Positions 59,585-64,000 of a stretch of DNA of 64,000 nt are shown in pieces. Positions within the stretch are counted from its first letter, which is position 1; every line of letters begins with the position of its first letter. The DNA comes from Candidatus Thorarchaeota archaeon (GTDB lineage Archaea; Asgardarchaeota; Thorarchaeia; Thorarchaeales; Thorarchaeaceae): NCBI GenBank assembly GCA_029855935.1, contig JAGSHN010000032.1, forward strand, positions 32,001 through 96,000, written 5' to 3'. Below the pieces are notes generated by a model that made no database searches, was not told the origin of the DNA, and saw only the letters and a list, made by a program, of their open reading frames with translations. A program made the translations under genes and the position numbers.

Positions 59585-60799
59585 GTGAAAGTTGTACAGA
59601 TAGCACTGCCCTTCGACAAGACGGCGCCTATATACAACTTCCTCGTCGAGGCTCTGGACATCGATATGATTCACAAGATCGATGTCGGAGAGGCGCACCT
59701 CCTGACCTTCAGAGTCCCGGATGCCAAGGTGGCAGACCTTGTCGAGGCGCTGAAGAGTCACGGGGTTGGCGTTGACTACGGCTATGTTGACATCCTTGAC
59801 ACCAAGGTGTCGTTGCCAGGCGATGTATCAGAGAGCAAGTCAGAGGAGAAGATACAGCGCGAGGCGATGCTAGCGGTCGAGGAGATTTACGTCAATGTCG
59901 AGCGTCAGGCCTCTCTCAGCTTCGACTTCATCGCATTCTGCATACTGGCTGCACTGATGGCGGGCGTGGGACTGATCCAGAACAACGTCACGGTCATAGT
60001 TGCCTCCATGCTCCTATCGCCGCTGATGGGGCCGATGCTGGGCGTTGCACTCGGATACGTTGTCGGTGACAGGGCCCTCTTCATCAAGGGAACAAGGAAC
60101 GAGCTGATAGCGCTCGGAGTGTCATTCGCTGTCGGTGCCATTATGGCCGCGGTAATGCCGCTACTCTATCCGGGGACTCCGTCACTGGTGGACATCATCG
60201 AGTCGCAGTGGAATGGCGGTCCTGTGGTGCTCACCGAGATTACAAGGAGGGGCGGCTTTTCCACGTTGGACGTTGGCGTGGCGATATTCTCGGGTGCTGC
60301 AGTCGCAGTATCGGTGACAAGAGGCGATATGTCCTCCCTCGTTGGTGTCGCGATATCTGCTGCTCTGATGCCTCCTGCTGTTAATGTTGGTATGATGCTT
60401 GCTCTCGGGCTGCTGAACAGTTCGGCCGCCTGCATGGAGATTGGCATCGGATCATTGATGCTCCTTGTGATGAACATAGTGATCATTGATATCGCCGCCA
60501 TTGTGATGTTCAGGATAAAGAAGCTCGGTGTGATAGCCGACAAGTCCGCTAGATGGGTGGCCGTAGCGCACCTGAAGAAACAGGGGATGGGCGCTCTCTA
60601 CCACACGTACACTCAGCCAAAGCGTGAGGGCCCTGTTCCGACACCCGCGCCGGCTGCGCCAGTCCCTGAGCCTGAGCCTATCAGGCCTCCACCTCCCGAA
60701 TCAGGGGGACCTGACGTGGAGACCGTGGCGCCGACAGAGGAGGAGAGCGCACCTACGGACACCGCTGGCGAGAACGAGACAGGTGGAGAGTCCGCATAG
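59585..60799 (+). CDS. DUF389 / TIGR00341 membrane protein
   Basis: VASMLLSPLMGP, LVGVAISAALMPP. Confidence 0.9.
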   Translation: MKVVQIALPFDKTAPIYNFLVEALDIDMIHKIDVGEAHLLTFRVPDAKVADLVEALKSHGVGVDYGYVDILDTKVSLPGDVSESKSEEKIQREAMLAVEEIYVNVERQASLSFDFIAFCILAALMAGVGLIQNNVTVIVASMLLSPLMGPMLGVALGYVVGDRALFIKGTRNELIALGVSFAVGAIMAAVMPLLYPGTPSLVDIIESQWNGGPVVLTEITRRGGFSTLDVGVAIFSGAAVAVSVTRGDMSSLVGVAISAALMPPAVNVGMMLALGLLNSSAACMEIGIGSLMLLVMNIVIIDIAAIVMFRIKKLGVIADKSARWVAVAHLKKQGMGALYHTYTQPKREGPVPTPAPAAPVPEPEPIRPPPPESGGPDVETVAPTEEESAPTDTAGENETGGESA

Positions 60800-60958
60800 C
60801 GACGCCGAGACAGTGCAGTTCTCACCGTAAGCCGTAGTCTCCGAGCGGCAACGCCGTAGTGCTCTCTATACGGGAGGTAATACTAGGATACATAGCGTGA
60901 CGCCCTACAGTCAAAGTGCGGGTTAACTCGCTAACCAGTTTCAGTCGGAGGCTGCGAG

Positions 60959-61333
60959 ATGGCTCCAGTCAAGGGCACCAAGAACAAGCTGTTCAAGGGT
61001 CTGACCGAGCACGATATTCTCGTCTGGGAGGAGGAGAAGATGCGCTACCAGCGTCGTGTGGGCCACAAGGTGACGGACCTGGAGTTTCTCCGCTATCTTC
61101 TGATGACGGCATCGCGTCCGGTCGTGACCGGAAAGGACGGTGTCGTGTCAGGTTACCTGACAGGAACGGGGCCCATCTACGAGAAGACAGACACACTGCT
61201 TGAGAAGTACAGGTCAGCAAGACTCTCCCAGACGGTACGCGGGGGGACAACGCAGCCCAGCACCCACGTACATATGGATCTGACTTCCGAGACCACTCCT
61301 ACCGACCAGGTCGCAGGGACGCGACACATCTAA
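60959..61333 (+). CDS. Hypothetical protein (possible ribbon-helix-helix-like N-terminus)
   Basis: GGAGG then ATG; coding-like composition. Confidence 0.6.
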   Translation: MAPVKGTKNKLFKGLTEHDILVWEEEKMRYQRRVGHKVTDLEFLRYLLMTASRPVVTGKDGVVSGYLTGTGPIYEKTDTLLEKYRSARLSQTVRGGTTQPSTHVHMDLTSETTPTDQVAGTRHI

Positions 61334-61360
61334 ATGCTCGAACTAGTCTTCTAGAAAGAT

Positions 61361-62575
61361 ATGTCACGAGTCACGGTCCTTGGTGGAGCCGGAACAGTCG
61401 GAGCGGTGGCCGTGCGGACCCTGCTCTCGTCAGGCGAATTCTCTGAGGTGGTAATCGCCGACCTGAATATGCCACTTGCTAATCAGCGACTCAAGGAGAT
61501 GGCGGATGACAGGCTCTCAGCCGTGAAGGTCGACGCCTCTGATGTCGAGTCTGTCAAGCGGGTCATCAAGGACTCAGAGGTCGTTGTCAATTGCGCCGGA
61601 CCGTTCTATAGGCTCGGTCCGAGCGTTCTTAGGGCGGTGATCTCCGCTGGTGTGAACAGCGTTGACGTCTGTGATGACTTCGATGCGACGCGCCTTCTGC
61701 TGAAGATGGACGAGGATGCCAAGAAGGCTGGCATAACTGCTCTGACGGGAATGGGCAGCTCGCCGGGCATAGCAAACCTGATTGCGAAGCTCTGTGCTGA
61801 CCAGATGCTCGACGAGGTCGAGTCGATCGACATCCTGCACGCGCACGGCGGCGAGCCCAGAGAGGGCCCGGCGGTCGTTGCGCACAGGATACACAGTATG
61901 CTCGCAGACATTCCTATGTACCTCGATGGCAAGTTCACCACGGTCAGGTACTTCGAGGAGAGCGGTAGGGCTCTGGAGGAGGATGTCGACTTTCCCAAGC
62001 TCGGTACGTTCAGGTGCTATCCGTATCCCCATCCTGAGACCATCACCCTTCCCCGCTACATCAAGTGCAAGAGAGTGACCAACCTTGGCTGTGTGCTACC
62101 CACTGAGTACTACGACCTCATCCGCAACATTGTCCGGCTTGGGATAGTGGGCGATGAACCGATTGACGTGAAGGGCGTGAAGGTGGCGCCGCTCGACTTT
62201 GCTATAGCCTACATCCTTCACGAGCGCGAGAGAATACTTCGGGAAACGAACTTTGGTACCCAGCGTGGTTGTCTCAAGATCACAATCAAGGGCAAGCTCG
62301 ACGGCAAGCCGCACAGGTTCGACTTCTCGCTTGTTTCCGTCGGTCAGTCAATGGGCGAGGGGACGGGCATTCCTGCAGCCATAGGTGCGATACTGATGCA
62401 CAAGGGCAAGATAACAGAGAAAGGAGTGTTGCCTCCCGAGGGCTGCGTCAATCCGTTCGAGTTCCTCCTTGAGATGCAGAGACATCTGGGTCTGGACAGC
62501 CTCAGCTCCGAGGAGTCGCCACTGATCATTGAGTCGACCGACAGCGAGGGCAATACTGAGCGCGTCACGCTGTGA
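61361..62575 (+). CDS. Saccharopine dehydrogenase-like oxidoreductase
   Basis: LGGAGTVG, NCAGPFY, GMGSSPG, HPE, TGIPAAIGA, GVLPPE. Confidence 0.88.
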   Translation: MSRVTVLGGAGTVGAVAVRTLLSSGEFSEVVIADLNMPLANQRLKEMADDRLSAVKVDASDVESVKRVIKDSEVVVNCAGPFYRLGPSVLRAVISAGVNSVDVCDDFDATRLLLKMDEDAKKAGITALTGMGSSPGIANLIAKLCADQMLDEVESIDILHAHGGEPREGPAVVAHRIHSMLADIPMYLDGKFTTVRYFEESGRALEEDVDFPKLGTFRCYPYPHPETITLPRYIKCKRVTNLGCVLPTEYYDLIRNIVRLGIVGDEPIDVKGVKVAPLDFAIAYILHERERILRETNFGTQRGCLKITIKGKLDGKPHRFDFSLVSVGQSMGEGTGIPAAIGAILMHKGKITEKGVLPPEGCVNPFEFLLEMQRHLGLDSLSSEESPLIIESTDSEGNTERVTL

Positions 62576-62683
62576 GACCTCCAGAATACCGGTCCTTGGC
62601 CTCCAGAGCATCAGGTTGGCCAAAAGCTATTTTGGAGACCTACACGACTAGATACGTTCCTCAATGTTGTGGGAGTGTGCGCA

Positions 62684-64000
62684 TTGACCACATACGTGTT
62701 GGCTCACGATGTCGGTACTGGCGGCGACAAAGCATCACTCATTGACCAAACAGGGAGAATCGTCGCCTCCGCCGTGAGGGACTATCCTGTTCTCTACCCG
62801 CAGCCCGGCTGGGCTGAACAGGACCCGGAGGCGCACTGGTGGCAGGCCATCTGTGAGACCACTCGGCGCGTACTATCGGACTCTGGTGTTGAACCGCGGG
62901 ATGTGGCCGCTGTCGTCTTCTCGACGCAGATGATGGGGACCATTCCTGTGGACCGTGATGGCCGGCCCCTGATGAACTGTATGACCTGGATGGACACCCG
63001 TGCGGCTGAGCAGAACAAGGCGATCATCTCCAATCCCATCAGGATGCTGAGGATGCTGCGGCTGACTGGCGGGCTGCCGTCGGGCAAGGACATCATTGGC
63101 AAGATCGTCTGGTTGAGAGAGGAGCGTCCACAGATCTATGAGAAGACGCACAAGTTCCTGGACTGTAAGGACTACCTGATTCATCGCTGCACGGGCGAGT
63201 ACGTGACATCCTACGACTGTGCCAACCTCACGTGGTTCATGGACTCGCGCAGAGGCAGATTGAGGTGGTCGTCGACGATACTGGGCTGGATTCGGCTCGA
63301 CGAGGACAGGCTTCCAAGGCTTGCGCCGTCGACAGAGATAGTCGGGACACTCACGCCCGAGGCGGCCTCTGAGATGGGTCTCACCACCGAGACTCAGGTT
63401 GTCAATGGGGCAGGCGACATGACGTCCGCCGGTGTGGGCTCTGGCGCTGTCCGTGAGAGGGAGGTACATCTCTACGCCGGGTCCAGCGCCTGGCTGGGTG
63501 CCCATGTGTCGAGCAGGAAGCTGGACATCTGGACCTATACCGGGTCCATCTGCAGCGCCATCCCGGGTATGTACTTGATGATTGCAGAGCAGGAGTCAGC
63601 AGGGGCGTGTCTGAAGCACCTGCGGGAGAACTGGCACTGTGACCTGTGTCGTCACGTCATCGAACGCGCCGCAACAGTCTGCACCCAGTGTGAGACAGGT
63701 GAGCGGAACCCCTACGCCGAGCTCGACGAGATAGCGGCTGGCGCCTCTCCCGGTTCTGAGGGCCTAATATTCGCACCGTGGATGTTTGGTGAGCGCTCGC
63801 CGATTGATGACCATTTCGTGCGTGGTGGATACTTCAATCTCTCCCTTGCTCACGGCAAGACCCATATGATTAGGGCGGTACTGGAGGGCGTTGCCTATCA
63901 CATCCGGTGGATGATGGAGGGCCTTGAGAAACGGAAGATGCTGGGACGAGTGCCTGCCGTGAACATGATTGGCGGGTGTGCCCGCTCTGACATCTGGCCA
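62684..64000 (+). CDS. FGGY-family carbohydrate kinase (xylulokinase-like), runs off the window end
   Basis: Not in the ORF track; translated from TTG 62684: LAHDVGTGG, PGWAEQDP, TWMDTRA, GAGD, GERSP, RAVLEGVAY. Confidence 0.92.
   Translation, partial: MTTYVLAHDVGTGGDKASLIDQTGRIVASAVRDYPVLYPQPGWAEQDPEAHWWQAICETTRRVLSDSGVEPRDVAAVVFSTQMMGTIPVDRDGRPLMNCMTWMDTRAAEQNKAIISNPIRMLRMLRLTGGLPSGKDIIGKIVWLREERPQIYEKTHKFLDCKDYLIHRCTGEYVTSYDCANLTWFMDSRRGRLRWSSTILGWIRLDEDRLPRLAPSTEIVGTLTPEAASEMGLTTETQVVNGAGDMTSAGVGSGAVREREVHLYAGSSAWLGAHVSSRKLDIWTYTGSICSAIPGMYLMIAEQESAGACLKHLRENWHCDLCRHVIERAATVCTQCETGERNPYAELDEIAAGASPGSEGLIFAPWMFGERSPIDDHFVRGGYFNLSLAHGKTHMIRAVLEGVAYHIRWMMEGLEKRKMLGRVPAVNMIGGCARSDIWP

Noticed and set aside
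1-64000. tRNA, rRNA, CRISPR arrays, transposases
   Set aside because: None recognised by eye in the intergenic gaps; tRNAscan-SE/Infernal would be needed to exclude them formally

Overview
About 64 kb of dense, GC-rich archaeal chromosome, most likely from an Asgard archaeon (Thorarchaeia-like). This is inferred from a profilin-like gene, two tandem Rab-like small GTPases, a Sulfolobus-type geranylgeranyl reductase, a split LplA/LplB lipoate ligase and a permuted family-5 solute-binding protein. Housekeeping blocks include a LipS-type radical SAM + LplA/LplB lipoylation cluster, a complete pstSCAB-phoU operon with a divergent AbrB-PhoU regulator, GH116, purple acid phosphatase, YyaL, PfkA, CorA, FetAB, Pcp and an FGGY kinase. 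Accessory or decayed DNA includes a VapBC pair, an MvaI/BcnI-type R-M pair with both genes frameshifted, and a ~2 kb graveyard holding an AbiEi-like pseudogene and a class-III aminotransferase fragment. The best candidates for undescribed biology are: (1) a ParA/MinD-like ATPase with a natural Asp-to-Asn switch-I change paired with a coiled-coil membrane protein (42.5-44.5 kb); (2) a small ubiquitin-fold-like protein (38.1-38.5 kb); (3) a long coiled coil ending in a winged helix (31.6-33.2 kb); (4) a PIP-box/Zn-ribbon protein; (5) a GH116 with a eukaryote-like GBA2 N-terminus; (6) a CCWGG-centred palindrome upstream of the R-M pair; and (7) apparent CTG and ATT start codons. No rRNA, tRNA, CRISPR array or transposase was recognised. 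All family calls come from reading motifs by eye, not from database searches.
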